A stretch of 64,000 nt of DNA from Candidatus Woesearchaeota archaeon (GCA_018302465.1 JAGVZQ010000001.1:2235-66234); one strand, 5' to 3'; positions 1-9,939 are shown, numbered from the stretch's first letter. Made by a program: numbers and translations. Notes: generated by a model not told the origin, from the sequence alone.

Positions 1-393
1 TTTTTTGTCAGAAATAATAAAAATATCCCAGTCAGAATCTTTTTTAGCTTTTCCGGAAACCCTGCTTCCAAATAAACCTATGCAAGAAAATGGGTCTATT
101 TTAACGGCTTCTTTTATGATTAAATTTAAGGCAGGATTTTCTACTTTTTTATTTTCCTCAACAAAACCCAGCAATTTAACTGCTTCTAAATTTTTAATGT
201 TAAATGAAATATTATTAGCCTGTCCTTTTTTCTCTTGTATTAAAACATCATTCTTAATTAATTCTTTAATTACCTTAAATGCGTGGGAATAATTAATTTT
301 TAATATTCTAGTTATTTCTCTAATAGAATAAGAACTAGCGTAGTCTTTGGTGTACAAACTTAGTACTTTGAAGTCTATTATATCTTTAAACAT
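1..393 (-). CDS. Nucleotidyltransferase (MNT / Pol-beta type) with N-terminal winged-HTH; partial, its 3' end runs off the window start
   Basis: Minus-strand frame is open from ATG (391-393) to nt 1. It is absent from the ORF track because the window edge truncates it. Translation is MFKDIIDFKVLSLYTKDYASSYSIREITRILKINYSHAFKVIKELIKNDVL...IGLFGSRVSGKAKKDSDWDIFII, containing the GS...DxD minimal nucleotidyltransferase motif. Confidence 0.55.
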   Translation of the reverse strand, partial: MFKDIIDFKVLSLYTKDYASSYSIREITRILKINYSHAFKVIKELIKNDVLIQEKKGQANNISFNIKNLEAVKLLGFVEENKKVENPALNLIIKEAVKIDPFSCIGLFGSRVSGKAKKDSDWDIFIISDKK

Positions 394-523
394 ATAATAC
401 TGTATGTTATAACATATATATAAATATTTCTATTGAGGATTAAATTGCCAATATTAAAGAGATATGAGAGGCAATGGTTTTAACTTCTAGTTTTAACTTC
501 TAATGAAAGAGCTTATGAATAAA

Positions 524-796
524 TTAAGAGTTCTCGATTTGGCTTATTCCTTCTAACCTTTTAGTATCCAAGCTACAATGTTGCTCTCCTGTTGATTTTT
601 TATTTTTGAGAATTCCTTTTTTAAATAAATCTGAAATTGCTTCACTAACTATTTTTTCTCCTCTTAAATGCTTGGGAACACAGTTTTTTAAGTGAATTGT
701 TTCAGTATGTGCTCCTCCGTATTTTTTCTTATTTTTTAACATTCTTATCATTTTTTTCTGTATATTCCTCATATCTTGGATATTTATTTCCGCCAT
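524..796 (-). CDS. Small basic hypothetical protein (90 aa), upstream of and co-directional with the nucleotidyltransferase
   Basis: ORF with lysine-rich composition typical of this genome. No recognisable motif; possible HTH. Confidence 0.3.
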   Translation of the reverse strand: MAEINIQDMRNIQKKMIRMLKNKKKYGGAHTETIHLKNCVPKHLRGEKIVSEAISDLFKKGILKNKKSTGEQHCSLDTKRLEGISQIENS

Positions 797-928
797 AACA
801 TTCCTAAAATAGAATTATTAATAACAGTATCTTACATTTTTGTAATATATATGATACAAAATAGAAATGCTTAAATAGTTTGGTTATACTATAAGATATG
901 GAAAGTAATTCTTTCCTATTAATTAAAA
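797..928. promoter_or_regulatory. Divergent intergenic region between the 524-796 (-) and 929-1243 (+) genes. AT-rich, with a short inverted repeat that may be an operator
   Basis: gtatc ttacatttttgtaatatatat gatac is an inverted pair flanking a TATA-like tract, upstream of the wHTH regulator gene. Confidence 0.2.
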
Positions 929-1243
929 ATGAAATTTCAAGACGAACCAACATTATTTAGAGAAATATTTGGAGATACCCCTAAAATTAGAGTTTTAGAG
1001 TATTTGATAGAAGGGAGAGAATTAGACCATTCTATAGGGGACATAGCTGAAGGGGCCGGAATAAATAGAGTTACGTTGTTTAGAATGTGGGGGAGTATAG
1101 AAAAGTCAAAGCTGATAATTCACACAAGAGATATAGGGAATGCTAAATTGTATAAATTGAATATGAGTAATCCATATGTTTTAGTTTTGATTGAAATGTT
1201 TGATAAGATAATAAATGCAGAGTTTCAGAAAGTTGTTGCTTAG
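929..1243 (+). CDS. Winged-helix DNA-binding transcriptional regulator
   Basis: PKIRVLEYLIEGRELDHSIGDIAEGAGINRVTLFRM is an ArsR/TrmB-like wHTH recognition-helix pattern. It is 104 aa and transcribed divergently from the 524-796 gene. Confidence 0.5.
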   Translation: MKFQDEPTLFREIFGDTPKIRVLEYLIEGRELDHSIGDIAEGAGINRVTLFRMWGSIEKSKLIIHTRDIGNAKLYKLNMSNPYVLVLIEMFDKIINAEFQKVVA

Positions 1244-1336
1244 TTATAGACTATGGACTAATATGAACCCCTAGTCTCAAGATAAAATTTTATCTGGATT
1301 GAGTAGTTTTATAATATTTTTGTTTGTATTAAATAT

Positions 1337-1654
1337 ATGACAACAATAGAACAAGTTCTTAGTTTGGGTGATGAGGAAATTGAAAGAAGAGTTGCTGAAG
1401 CAAAAAGAAGGATTCCCACTTTTCCTGGTAATGGCTATATTGAAGCAAGATTAAAAAGGTTTGATACTCCTGAATGGAGGGCATTGACACATTTTGCTTA
1501 TAACTGTTCAGATGGATTCAGGGAACTTATGTCAAGGTATAGAGCTTATGATGGCGCTGAGAATTCTGAAGCTATCTTAGAAGATTTAAGAGAATATTAT
1601 GTCCTTTGCATGATTTTAGAGCAAATGACTAAGGCTAAGACTGGAAGGGCTTAA
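1337..1654 (+). CDS. Hypothetical protein (105 aa), Arg-rich and compositionally atypical
   Basis: Clean ORF. It uses Arg/Ala/Glu rather than the Lys/Ile/Asn typical of the window. Confidence 0.35.
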   Translation: MTTIEQVLSLGDEEIERRVAEAKRRIPTFPGNGYIEARLKRFDTPEWRALTHFAYNCSDGFRELMSRYRAYDGAENSEAILEDLREYYVLCMILEQMTKAKTGRA

Positions 1655-1684
1655 TTATTTAAGCTTTTATTAATTATTTAATTT

Positions 1685-2167
1685 ATGAAAGATATTCTAG
1701 ATATAATAAAAGAATTCTCTAAGAAATTACCTAAATTTAAAGATGGAAGAATTGATTATTCTAAGTCGAATGAAGCTCCTGTTATAACTGTTTTTATTAA
1801 ATTTAAAGATAAGATATTATTATTAAAACGAAGTGATAAAGTCTTAACATATAAAGGAAAATGGAATACTATTGCAGGATATTTAGATGAAGTAAAGCCA
1901 ATAGAAGACAAAGTAAAAGAGGAATTAAGAGAGAAGATTAATGTTAAAGAATTTTTATCAATTAAAATTGGAAAATACTTTAAAATATTAGATAAAAAAA
2001 TAAATAAAAAATGGATTGTAACTCCTGTCCTAGTTGAATTAAAAGATAAACCAGAAATAAAACTAGACTGGGAGCATACTGAATTTGAATGGATTAAACC
2101 AGAAGAAATGAAAAATTATGATACTGTTGTTAGTTTAGATAAAAGTTTGGAAAAAGTTATTTCTTAA
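1685..2167 (+). CDS. NUDIX-fold hydrolase-like protein with a degenerate Nudix box
   Basis: PVITVFIKFKDKILLLKRSDK...GKWNTIAGYLDEVKPIEDKVKEELREKINV follows the Nudix pattern (vLLvkR...gkWxxPGGxxE...REukEE). The REx2EE part is imperfect. Confidence 0.45.
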   Translation: MKDILDIIKEFSKKLPKFKDGRIDYSKSNEAPVITVFIKFKDKILLLKRSDKVLTYKGKWNTIAGYLDEVKPIEDKVKEELREKINVKEFLSIKIGKYFKILDKKINKKWIVTPVLVELKDKPEIKLDWEHTEFEWIKPEEMKNYDTVVSLDKSLEKVIS

Positions 2168-3647
2168 ACCCATAAATTTTAGAGTATTTATAATTCAAAT
2201 AAGAAACATAAGTATCCACATCCAAGCCTTTTTTACATGCTTTCTTTATTAATTCTTCAGGAAGCAGAGTATTTCCATGCTGATGAATTTTTAATTTAAG
2301 CCATTTAGAAATTTCTGAAAAGTCTCCTTTATCTATTTGTTTTTCAATTCCTTTTTTTTCTTTTGTTAATTGCTCAAATAACTGAGAAGCATAGATTGAA
2401 CCGAGAGCATAGGTCGGGAAATAACCAATTGCTCCCTGAGACCAGTGCATATCTTGCAAAACGCCTTCAACATCGTTTTTTGGAATTATACCTAATAATT
2501 CCTCCATCTTTTTATTCCAAACTTTTGGCAAATCTTTTACTTTTATTGTGCCTTCTATTAAACCAAGCTCTATTTCAAATCTTAAAATAACATGCATGCA
2601 GTAGGTTACTTCATCTGATTCAATTCTTATCAAACTTGGTTTAACGAAGTTTATTCCATTGTATAACTGCTCTTCTGTTATGTCTAGTTTTGATATTTTC
2701 TTAAACTGAGAATAGTAGAAGTTCCAGAAAGGCCTGCTTTTACCAACCATATTCTCCCAGAATCTTGACTGGGATTCATGAATACCAAGAGAAACAGCAG
2801 ATCCTAGAATATTATATGCATCTTTCTCAGGAAGGTTTAATTCATAAAGAGCATGGCCAGATTCATGGATTGTAGATTCAAAAGAGAATAATGGGCTTTT
2901 TCTGAAATTTGTTGTTAGCCTTACATCATTTATTCCAGCTGTTTGAGTAAAAGGGTGGATTGATAAATCTAATCTTGATCTATCTTCTGTTAACCCTATT
3001 CTCTTCATTAAATCATGGCATAATTCTCTTTGCTGCTCTACTGGCACTTCTAATGAAAGAGGAGTTTGTTTTTTATAATGTTCTGTATCCTTTATTTTAT
3101 TAATTAAAATTTTTAAATCTTTTTTTAGTTTTTCAAATATTGGCTTTAATTTTTCTACAGTCATGCCTTCTTCATAAGAGTCCAGTAAAGAATTGTATGG
3201 ATGATCTGGCTCTTTGATGTAGTTACATTCCTTTCTTTTCAATTCAACTACTTTCTCTAAATGATGCTGGAATATTTTGAAATCATTTTTTTCTCTTGCT
3301 TTCTCCCAGGCCATATAAGACAAAGAAGTTACTTTTGACATTTCTTTTACAAACTCTTCAGGCAGTTTCCTTGATTTTTCTATGCCTTTCAATAGCTTCT
3401 TTACCATTAGAGCTTCTTTTTTAGAAAGAGATTTTGATTTTTTTAATCTTAACAGAGCGTGATAAAAATTATCATCTGTCACTTTTTGATGAATTAACTC
3501 TGAAAGCTGAGATACTTGCTCTGCTCTTGATTCTGCGCCTTTTTTAGGCATGTAAGTTAATTGGTCCCAGCCAAGCAGGCTAAGGACACTTCCAAAAATG
3601 GCAGTTTCTCTCTGGCGGTCTTCTATTAGCTTTAGGTCTTTATTCAT
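2157..3647 (-). CDS. M32 family metallocarboxypeptidase (carboxypeptidase Taq-like)
   Basis: HESGHALYE matches HEXXH. HESQSRFWEN, LIRIESDEVTY (IRxxAD) and GVLQDMHWSQGAIGYFPTYALG are M32 signature blocks. Length is 496 aa. Confidence 0.9.
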   Translation of the reverse strand: MNKDLKLIEDRQRETAIFGSVLSLLGWDQLTYMPKKGAESRAEQVSQLSELIHQKVTDDNFYHALLRLKKSKSLSKKEALMVKKLLKGIEKSRKLPEEFVKEMSKVTSLSYMAWEKAREKNDFKIFQHHLEKVVELKRKECNYIKEPDHPYNSLLDSYEEGMTVEKLKPIFEKLKKDLKILINKIKDTEHYKKQTPLSLEVPVEQQRELCHDLMKRIGLTEDRSRLDLSIHPFTQTAGINDVRLTTNFRKSPLFSFESTIHESGHALYELNLPEKDAYNILGSAVSLGIHESQSRFWENMVGKSRPFWNFYYSQFKKISKLDITEEQLYNGINFVKPSLIRIESDEVTYCMHVILRFEIELGLIEGTIKVKDLPKVWNKKMEELLGIIPKNDVEGVLQDMHWSQGAIGYFPTYALGSIYASQLFEQLTKEKKGIEKQIDKGDFSEISKWLKLKIHQHGNTLLPEELIKKACKKGLDVDTYVSYLNYKYSKIYGFKK

Positions 3648-3729
3648 TTCTTTAATAAAAAGGGAAGTAATATTTAATCTTTACTCTGTAAATAACAATA
3701 GTTATAATATTTTCTAATATGTAATTATT

Positions 3730-4083
3730 ATGACAGAAAGAAGCCCCCAGGAGTTAATAGATGCCCATAGAAGAATAAAAAGTGAGATTGAAGACTCATA
3801 TCCAAGAATTTTAGCTGATTTTAATAATTATGTAAGAACAGATGTAAATGGTAAGATGGGGGGGGTTACTCTTGCTGAAGCTACGGACATATGGTTTGAT
3901 CCTTCGGATGATGTATATATAATCTCCGTTGGTAGACTTTTCTACTCTGGAGACAAAACAATGGTTGAATGTATGACGGTAGGAATTTGGGCAAAGCAGT
4001 GGTGTGAGGAATATCAGGAAAGAAATCCCCATGCCAGGATAGATTTTAGGTGCACTGCTGAAAGAATGGGAACAGAAAATTAA
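3730..4083 (+). CDS. Hypothetical protein (117 aa), compositionally atypical
   Basis: Clean ORF, Arg/Asp-rich, no known motif recognised. Confidence 0.35.
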   Translation: MTERSPQELIDAHRRIKSEIEDSYPRILADFNNYVRTDVNGKMGGVTLAEATDIWFDPSDDVYIISVGRLFYSGDKTMVECMTVGIWAKQWCEEYQERNPHARIDFRCTAERMGTEN

Positions 4084-4973
4084 TTCTTGAACTTTCTATA
4101 TATCAACCATATTATTAACAAAGCAATAGCCCAAGGGATTAATACAAATATTAAGTTAATTAAGCTGTTTATGCTATCTACAAAGCTTGTTACTATCTGT
4201 GAGAATTTAATAAATGCTGCATTTGCGAAGTCTGATCTTTTCTCAGTTATTGTTAAATAAACTGTGGAATAGGAGACTTGATTATTTACATTTTCTAATG
4301 CTTCTTCGTAATATTTTATTGTTCTTTCTTCTTCAAATATTTTATCAGTTAATTCTATTTTTTCCTGTGTTGTCTGAGCAGTTTCTAATAACTGCTTGTA
4401 TCTTGCTAATCTTTCTCTTTCTGCTTCCAAAGAGGTCTGCAAATCTAATTTCTGTTCAGTTATATCATCTGAATTTTCATTAAAGTAAGTTATTTCTCCA
4501 ATTGTTTTTAATTGAGAAACTAGAGAATCATATTTTGAAGTTTCAACTTTCATTGTATAAGAAGAGGATAAGTAAGAAGTTTTACCTTCTCCATTTTTGT
4601 TTTGATTTTCATTTATTATTATAGCATTAAATCCTTTTGTTAAATCTTTAACTTTTGAATCTGTTTCCTGGAAAGTGTTTCTTTTAATTTCTGTTGATAA
4701 TGAAGATGTTTTTGTTATGAATCTTTGGGCTGCTTCTGGTGCAAAATTATCATAGTAAGGAACAAAACTCGATGATCTTGAGGCAGTTAGGTCAACTGAT
4801 TCATCCATTGCAATTTTGTTTGTAAAAGTTTGAGTGGGATTTAAACCAGAAAAAACAACTAATACTACAACAACTAAAGCCAGTAAAAGCCAGTTTTCCT
4901 TTAATTTTTGAAATTGATTTTTTAATGCCATGGAAATAGATAAAATGAGCTTAATTAAATACTTTCCTTTCAC
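4080..4973 (-). CDS. DUF4349-like membrane-anchored coiled-coil protein
   Basis: N-terminal TM (LLLALVVVVLVVFSGL), a long coiled-coil middle, and a C-terminal TM (LINLIFVLIPWAIALLIIWLIY). This is the DUF4349 architecture. True start is probably the internal Met (MALKNQ...). Confidence 0.4.
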   Translation of the reverse strand: MKGKYLIKLILSISMALKNQFQKLKENWLLLALVVVVLVVFSGLNPTQTFTNKIAMDESVDLTASRSSSFVPYYDNFAPEAAQRFITKTSSLSTEIKRNTFQETDSKVKDLTKGFNAIIINENQNKNGEGKTSYLSSSYTMKVETSKYDSLVSQLKTIGEITYFNENSDDITEQKLDLQTSLEAERERLARYKQLLETAQTTQEKIELTDKIFEEERTIKYYEEALENVNNQVSYSTVYLTITEKRSDFANAAFIKFSQIVTSFVDSINSLINLIFVLIPWAIALLIIWLIYRKFKN

Positions 4974-4990
4974 TTCAAGTTTGTTTGGAG

Positions 4991-6010
4991 TTATATCCTT
5001 AATTCTCTAAGATTAAACAAGTCTTCTACTCCAACTCTTCCCTTAAACAAAGGCCTTAAGTCTGGTATTTGTCTGACTAATTCCATTCCTTTCAGATAAA
5101 TATGGTCTTTTGTAAAGGAACCTGGTTTTGAGGTATCTGTTATTCCTCTTTTAGCTCTCATGGTTAACTGGTAAGCTTCGTCTTTTGGAAAATATCTGCA
5201 TAAAAAAATATAAACTCCCCTAAATGATTTCTGCAGAGTCATGTTTACAGCAAGCACTCTTCCAGCATATGATCTTAGAATAGATTCTTCAAGAATTCCC
5301 TCTTTTTCTTCCATTACTGCAGCAAGACCTTCTTCTGTTACTTCATATTCTGCAGTTCCAATGAAGAATATTTTATATTTTAATTTTTTAGCATTAAATG
5401 CCCTTGTTGAATGGACCCCAAGTTCATGTACTGTTAATCTCTTCAAATCTTTTTTAGTAAACATTTCACCTTTCTTAATATAGAGAGTTTCTTCTGCTGC
5501 AACATCATCTGCTTTTGCCCCTAAATTCTCTTTTACTTTAACACTCCAGTCTAATTTCATTCTATTTACTTCATTATTCAAATGCTCAGCCATTTCCTCT
5601 GCTGTTATTGTTGGTGGTTCTTCTTCCCTCTTGCTATTTTTCTTTAGTATTCTTAATGCATTTGAAATTAAATTTAAGTCGGGCCTTCCATAGTATTCAA
5701 CTGAATATTCTGTAAATTTCTCTGTTCCCCTGGATTTTAACAGATTTATCCAGATTATCTGCTTGTCTATTTTTTTACTTATTAACCCTGCAATGATAGA
5801 ACTATCTAATTCTTTTTTGTATGATTGTAATTGTTTAATGAACTTATCAGGGTTAAAGTCTAAAGGGATAAAATTAAACTTTGGATTGTAATAAGAAGAT
5901 TTCATGAATTTTTCTTTTTCTTCTTGCTGATTAATCGGATTAACATATTCTAATTTTTGAACTGTTTTCCAGATTTCAAATACTCCTTGGTCTATTTCCT
6001 CTAAGTCCAT
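4991..6010 (-). CDS. DUF1704 / QEGLA-motif family protein (putative metallopeptidase-like)
   Basis: VHELGVHSTRAF is HExxxH-like, and EEGLAAVMEE resembles the family-defining QEGLA motif. Length is 339 aa. Confidence 0.5.
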   Translation of the reverse strand: MDLEEIDQGVFEIWKTVQKLEYVNPINQQEEKEKFMKSSYYNPKFNFIPLDFNPDKFIKQLQSYKKELDSSIIAGLISKKIDKQIIWINLLKSRGTEKFTEYSVEYYGRPDLNLISNALRILKKNSKREEEPPTITAEEMAEHLNNEVNRMKLDWSVKVKENLGAKADDVAAEETLYIKKGEMFTKKDLKRLTVHELGVHSTRAFNAKKLKYKIFFIGTAEYEVTEEGLAAVMEEKEGILEESILRSYAGRVLAVNMTLQKSFRGVYIFLCRYFPKDEAYQLTMRAKRGITDTSKPGSFTKDHIYLKGMELVRQIPDLRPLFKGRVGVEDLFNLRELRI

Positions 6011-6041
6011 ATAACCTAAGAAATATAAAATTATAAAAGGG

Positions 6042-7589
6042 TTATGCTCTGTACCTTACTTTGTCATACCAGTTTTTGAAACCAACCGGCATTGATCTAT
6101 AAACTGGTTTTGCTACATTTTCCCTCATTGTATCCATTACAGAGACCACTTCACCAACCATATTTGTAGGAGATTTGAATTTAAGATTGAAATCCACCAT
6201 GCCTCTTGATATTAATCTGTCAACTACTACTGTTGGCAATAGACCGTATCTTGTTTTTGTGCATGGACCCCTCATTAAATTTAATACTAAATTTAGGTAA
6301 GCATTCTTCTTTTTTAATTTGATATGCTGCCATCTATCCCAGTAATTAAGCATTGAAGCTGTATCATTGTAAGTTTTAATTAAGCCATCTTCTCTTGCTT
6401 TTTTGTATAATGGAGTTCCTTCAAAGAAGATTAAATTATTTACGCTTAAGTAGAACGGGGGCGGTAATTTCCTGATTAATTTTATTGTCTCCAAAATATC
6501 TTCTTTTGTTTCATAAGGATTAGAAGAGATAATATCATACATTACTGCAAGTTTAGCATTATGTTTATTCAGGACTTTAGCGCATCTTAAAACCTGGTCT
6601 GCGCTGATAAATCTATTATAAACTTCTTTGTTTAATCTGTCGGAGCCTGACTGGATTCCTATAATAATATCTGTTAGGCCTGCATCAACTAATAAATCAA
6701 TTTTTTCAGAGCTTACGTTTTCAGCACTCATTGTTGCCGGCTCTGCTAAACATTTAAATCTTATTCCTACTTCTTTTTTATACCTTTTAGCAAATTCTTT
6801 TATCCATTTTATATCTCTTATTGTAAAAGTTTCATCTCTTAGGTCAAATGCACCAATTGAATGGAATTTTTCCTTTAATCTTTTTAATTCTTTGATTACA
6901 TAATCAACAGAATGTGTTCTTAGTAAATCTCCCTTCCCTTTGTATAATTCACGCATAATATTGTTGGTACAGTAAGAGCAAGCTTGAGGACAACCACGCT
7001 CTGTCTGGAAGAATATCATGCCTCCAAGATGTCTTTCTTCAAATGGAATTAATTTCCCTTTTTCCAAAATCAATTGATCTTCAATATCATAATCTGGGTG
7101 AGCAAGTTCATCTAAATTGTGAACTGGTGAACCAACTGGATTTATTATTTCTTTTCCATCCTGTCTTACCCATAAATTTTTTATTTCAGTGATATCTTTT
7201 CCTTCTTCTAAGTTTCTTGCTAATTCAATTATTGCGTTCTCTGCTTCTCCTACTGCAATTATATTACAGGATTCAAAGCATTTTTGTGGGAAGAAAGTTG
7301 GATGAGGCCCTCCCCAAACAACTGGAATGTTTTTAGTTTGAAATAAATAAATTAATTGAGTAGCTCTTCCTGTAGTTGATTCCATGGCGCTAATACCTAC
7401 TAAACCTGAACCTTCAGCTGCTTTTTCTACATGCATTAATTCAGATTTAGTATAGGTTCTAGAATAATCCTCTACAAGAGGCAAGAATATCATCTGCACT
7501 TCATGCTTTTCCCGTTCCAAGCAGGCAGATAAAGTTCTAAGGCCCTGATCTGCCGGGAATGTAGAAGTTGAAATTAGGGTAATTTTCAT
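6042..7589 (-). CDS. Cobalamin (B12)-binding domain radical SAM enzyme, class B (paralog 1 of 5)
   Basis: N-terminal Rossmann-like B12-binding region (MKITLISTS...GLVGISA...WGGPHPTF) followed by a radical SAM core with RGCPQACSYC (Cx3Cx2C). Length is 515 aa. Confidence 0.85.
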   Translation of the reverse strand: MKITLISTSTFPADQGLRTLSACLEREKHEVQMIFLPLVEDYSRTYTKSELMHVEKAAEGSGLVGISAMESTTGRATQLIYLFQTKNIPVVWGGPHPTFFPQKCFESCNIIAVGEAENAIIELARNLEEGKDITEIKNLWVRQDGKEIINPVGSPVHNLDELAHPDYDIEDQLILEKGKLIPFEERHLGGMIFFQTERGCPQACSYCTNNIMRELYKGKGDLLRTHSVDYVIKELKRLKEKFHSIGAFDLRDETFTIRDIKWIKEFAKRYKKEVGIRFKCLAEPATMSAENVSSEKIDLLVDAGLTDIIIGIQSGSDRLNKEVYNRFISADQVLRCAKVLNKHNAKLAVMYDIISSNPYETKEDILETIKLIRKLPPPFYLSVNNLIFFEGTPLYKKAREDGLIKTYNDTASMLNYWDRWQHIKLKKKNAYLNLVLNLMRGPCTKTRYGLLPTVVVDRLISRGMVDFNLKFKSPTNMVGEVVSVMDTMRENVAKPVYRSMPVGFKNWYDKVRYRA

Positions 7590-7650
7590 TCATAACACCT
7601 TTATTATATCTATGATTATAATTTATATAGCTTTTGGAAAAAATTTTAAT

Positions 7651-8904
7651 TCAGAGAACTAAAGAGGCCAATCCAAGGAATGTAAAAAACCCTAAAACAT
7701 CAGTTGCTGTTGTAATAAAAATTGTTGCTGAGGAAGCTGGGTCTTTTTTAAAGTGTTTCATGATTAAAGGAACAATGGCTCCGAAGAAACCTGCTATCAT
7801 TAGATTGAAAATAATAGCTGCTCCGGTGATTATTCCTAAAAGCAGGCTTTGATTGAAAATAAATGCTACTAGTGCAACTAAAACGCCGTTAATTACTCCA
7901 TTTATCCCTCCCGCTATTACCTCATTGAATATTACTTTTTTTGCTGTCCTTAATTCAATCTCTTTTAATGCTAGCCCCCTAACAACTACTGCTAAGGTTT
8001 GGGTACCTGCGTTTCCGCCCATTCCTGCCACTACAGGCATGTAAGCTGCCAATATCACAAATGATGAGATTGTATCTTTAAATAGACCGACTACTGAGGC
8101 TGCAAGAAATGCAGTTGCTAAGTTTAAGATTAACCATTTGTAACGGGATTTTACTTTTTTATATATTGGATCATGAACGCCTTCTTCTTCACTAACACCA
8201 GCTGATACATATAGCTCTCTTGTTGATTCTTTATTCATCAGCTTAACAACATCATCTGAATAGATTACACCTAAGATTTTTTTATTGTCATCTAGGACAA
8301 CTACTTTGTTTCCTGGATGTCTTTTGAACACCCTCAGAACTCTTGACTCATCTTTACTATGATTAATAGTTGGAACTTTTTCAATGAAATTATTTATTTT
8401 TTCTTTTTTCTTACGCAGAGCAAAAACATGGCCTGGAAGTTCTCCTATCAAGACATCTTGTTTGTCTACTACCAGAATTGTTGGGAACTTCCCTGTTCTT
8501 TTTTCATGCTCCCGGATAATATCAGATATCTGACTGAAGGTTATATCCTTCTTTACTTTAGTATAATCAAGACTCATAAGCCCTGCAGCAGTTCTTGGGT
8601 TGAATGTCAATAAGAATTCTACTTTTTTTCTTGTCTCTGAACTTAATTCAATAATAACACTCTTCCTTTTTTTCTGGTCTAAGATGTTCTGTATAATATC
8701 TGTACTTTCATCAGGGGCTAAATAATTTAAGATATTAACAATTTCTTCTGTATTTAACTGATTCAGAAGTTTTTGCTGCACTGCTTTTGATAATCTTAAT
8801 AAAACAAATCCTCTTTTTTCTATTGGTATTTCTTTAAGAATTGCTTTTTTAGGAGAAGAAATTAATCTATAAGAGATGTCATTTGTTGCTGCTTTTTTCT
8901 CCAT
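7651..8904 (-). CDS. mgtE: Magnesium transporter MgtE
   Basis: MgtE N-domain, tandem CBS region and C-terminal TM domain with the MPVVAGMGGNAGTQ signature. Confidence 0.85.
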   Translation of the reverse strand: MEKKAATNDISYRLISSPKKAILKEIPIEKRGFVLLRLSKAVQQKLLNQLNTEEIVNILNYLAPDESTDIIQNILDQKKRKSVIIELSSETRKKVEFLLTFNPRTAAGLMSLDYTKVKKDITFSQISDIIREHEKRTGKFPTILVVDKQDVLIGELPGHVFALRKKKEKINNFIEKVPTINHSKDESRVLRVFKRHPGNKVVVLDDNKKILGVIYSDDVVKLMNKESTRELYVSAGVSEEEGVHDPIYKKVKSRYKWLILNLATAFLAASVVGLFKDTISSFVILAAYMPVVAGMGGNAGTQTLAVVVRGLALKEIELRTAKKVIFNEVIAGGINGVINGVLVALVAFIFNQSLLLGIITGAAIIFNLMIAGFFGAIVPLIMKHFKKDPASSATIFITTATDVLGFFTFLGLASLVL

Positions 8905-8982
8905 CTTTAAAAAAATCGGCTCCTGTATTTATGAACTTTTTTTATAAATTAAGCACAAGCTTTCTTATCACACGGAACTCTC

Positions 8983-9939
8983 TTATATACTTTTATGTTT
9001 TGAGTGCCAATCCCAAGCACTTTTGATTATGTCTCTTATGTTATATTTAGCTTCCCAGTTTAATTCAGTTTTAGCTTTTAATGGAAAAGCTACTAATTCT
9101 GCAGGATCTCCTGGTCTTCTCTCTTCTTCTATTACTTTAATTTCTCTGCCTGTTATTTCCTTGCAGAGATCAATCACTTCTCTGACTGATGTCCCTTTTC
9201 CAGTACCCAAGTTATAGACCCCTGATTTTCCTTCTTCTAAAGATTTTAACGCAAGAATATGTGCAGATGCTAAATCCAAAACATGTATATAATCTCTGAT
9301 GCAGGTTCCATCTTTGGTTGGATAGTCTGTTCCAAATATTTTAATTGAGTCTCTTTTTCCTAAAGCTGCTTCCAAAACTATTGGGATTAAATGGGTTTCA
9401 GGATTATGGATTTCACCAATTCCAAAAGCTGCACCTGCTGCATTAAAATACCTTAAGGCAATAAAGTTAATCTTAGATGATTCTAAAACCTGCTCGAATA
9501 ATTTTTTAGACAGACCATAGTAATTAACAGGATTTGTCGGATGTGATTCTTCTAAAGGAAGTTTTTCCGGAATCCCGTAAGTTGCACATGTGCTTGAAAA
9601 AACAATTTTGTTTACATTAAATTTCTTCATTGTTTTAAGCAGATTAATTCCATTAGCCAAGTTATTGTGAAAATATTTGACTGGATTTTCCATTGACTCG
9701 CCAACAAGAGCATAACCTGCAAAGTGAATTACTGCATCTATTTTGTTAGAGCTAAAAACTTCCTCCAAATCTTTTTTATTTTCAAGATTTCCCTGGAATA
9801 ATTTAGCCGTTTTAGGAAGAAACTCTTTATAGCCATTTTCTAAACTGTCAAAGACTACAACATTAAACCCTTGATTAATCAGTTCATGGACTGTATGACT
9901 GCCAATATAACCAGCCCCGCCTGTTACTAGAACATTCAT
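8983..9939 (-). CDS. galE: UDP-glucose 4-epimerase (GalE family, extended SDR)
   Basis: MNVLVTGGAGYIGSH (GxxGxxG), YGLSKKLFE (YxxxK), 318 aa, GalE-like throughout. The ATGA start overlaps the upstream GT9 stop. Confidence 0.85.
   Translation of the reverse strand: MNVLVTGGAGYIGSHTVHELINQGFNVVVFDSLENGYKEFLPKTAKLFQGNLENKKDLEEVFSSNKIDAVIHFAGYALVGESMENPVKYFHNNLANGINLLKTMKKFNVNKIVFSSTCATYGIPEKLPLEESHPTNPVNYYGLSKKLFEQVLESSKINFIALRYFNAAGAAFGIGEIHNPETHLIPIVLEAALGKRDSIKIFGTDYPTKDGTCIRDYIHVLDLASAHILALKSLEEGKSGVYNLGTGKGTSVREVIDLCKEITGREIKVIEEERRPGDPAELVAFPLKAKTELNWEAKYNIRDIIKSAWDWHSKHKSI

Noticed and set aside
5-292. Plus-strand 95-aa ORF from the six-frame track
   Set aside because: It lies antisense to a much better-supported minus-strand nucleotidyltransferase gene (1-393) and has low-complexity composition with no motif.
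2363-2590. Short ORFs from the track lying antisense or overlapping inside confidently called genes (e.g. 2363-2590, 3811-4032, 4214-4483, 5241-5483, 6628-6903, 7634-8044, 8359-8613, 9023-9217, 10223-10444, 11927-12196, 14228-14461, 16940-17676, 18521-19113, 19693-19884, 20688-20948, 22150-22368, 23404-23920, 24205-25438, 25979-26534, 27002-27238, 28304-28849, 31535-31951, 32804-33010, 33893-34090, 34939-35175, 37137-37644, 40617-40886, 42501-42919, 43216-43968, 45153-46757, 48758-48982, 49398-49580, 50396-50641, 51504-52860, 53456-55284, 57061-57643, 59256-59597, 59881-60493, 60626-63760)
   Set aside because: All are embedded in or antisense to longer ORFs with clear family signatures. They show AT-rich low-complexity translations (Phe/Leu/Ile/Ser runs) typical of spurious frames in a ~30% GC genome.
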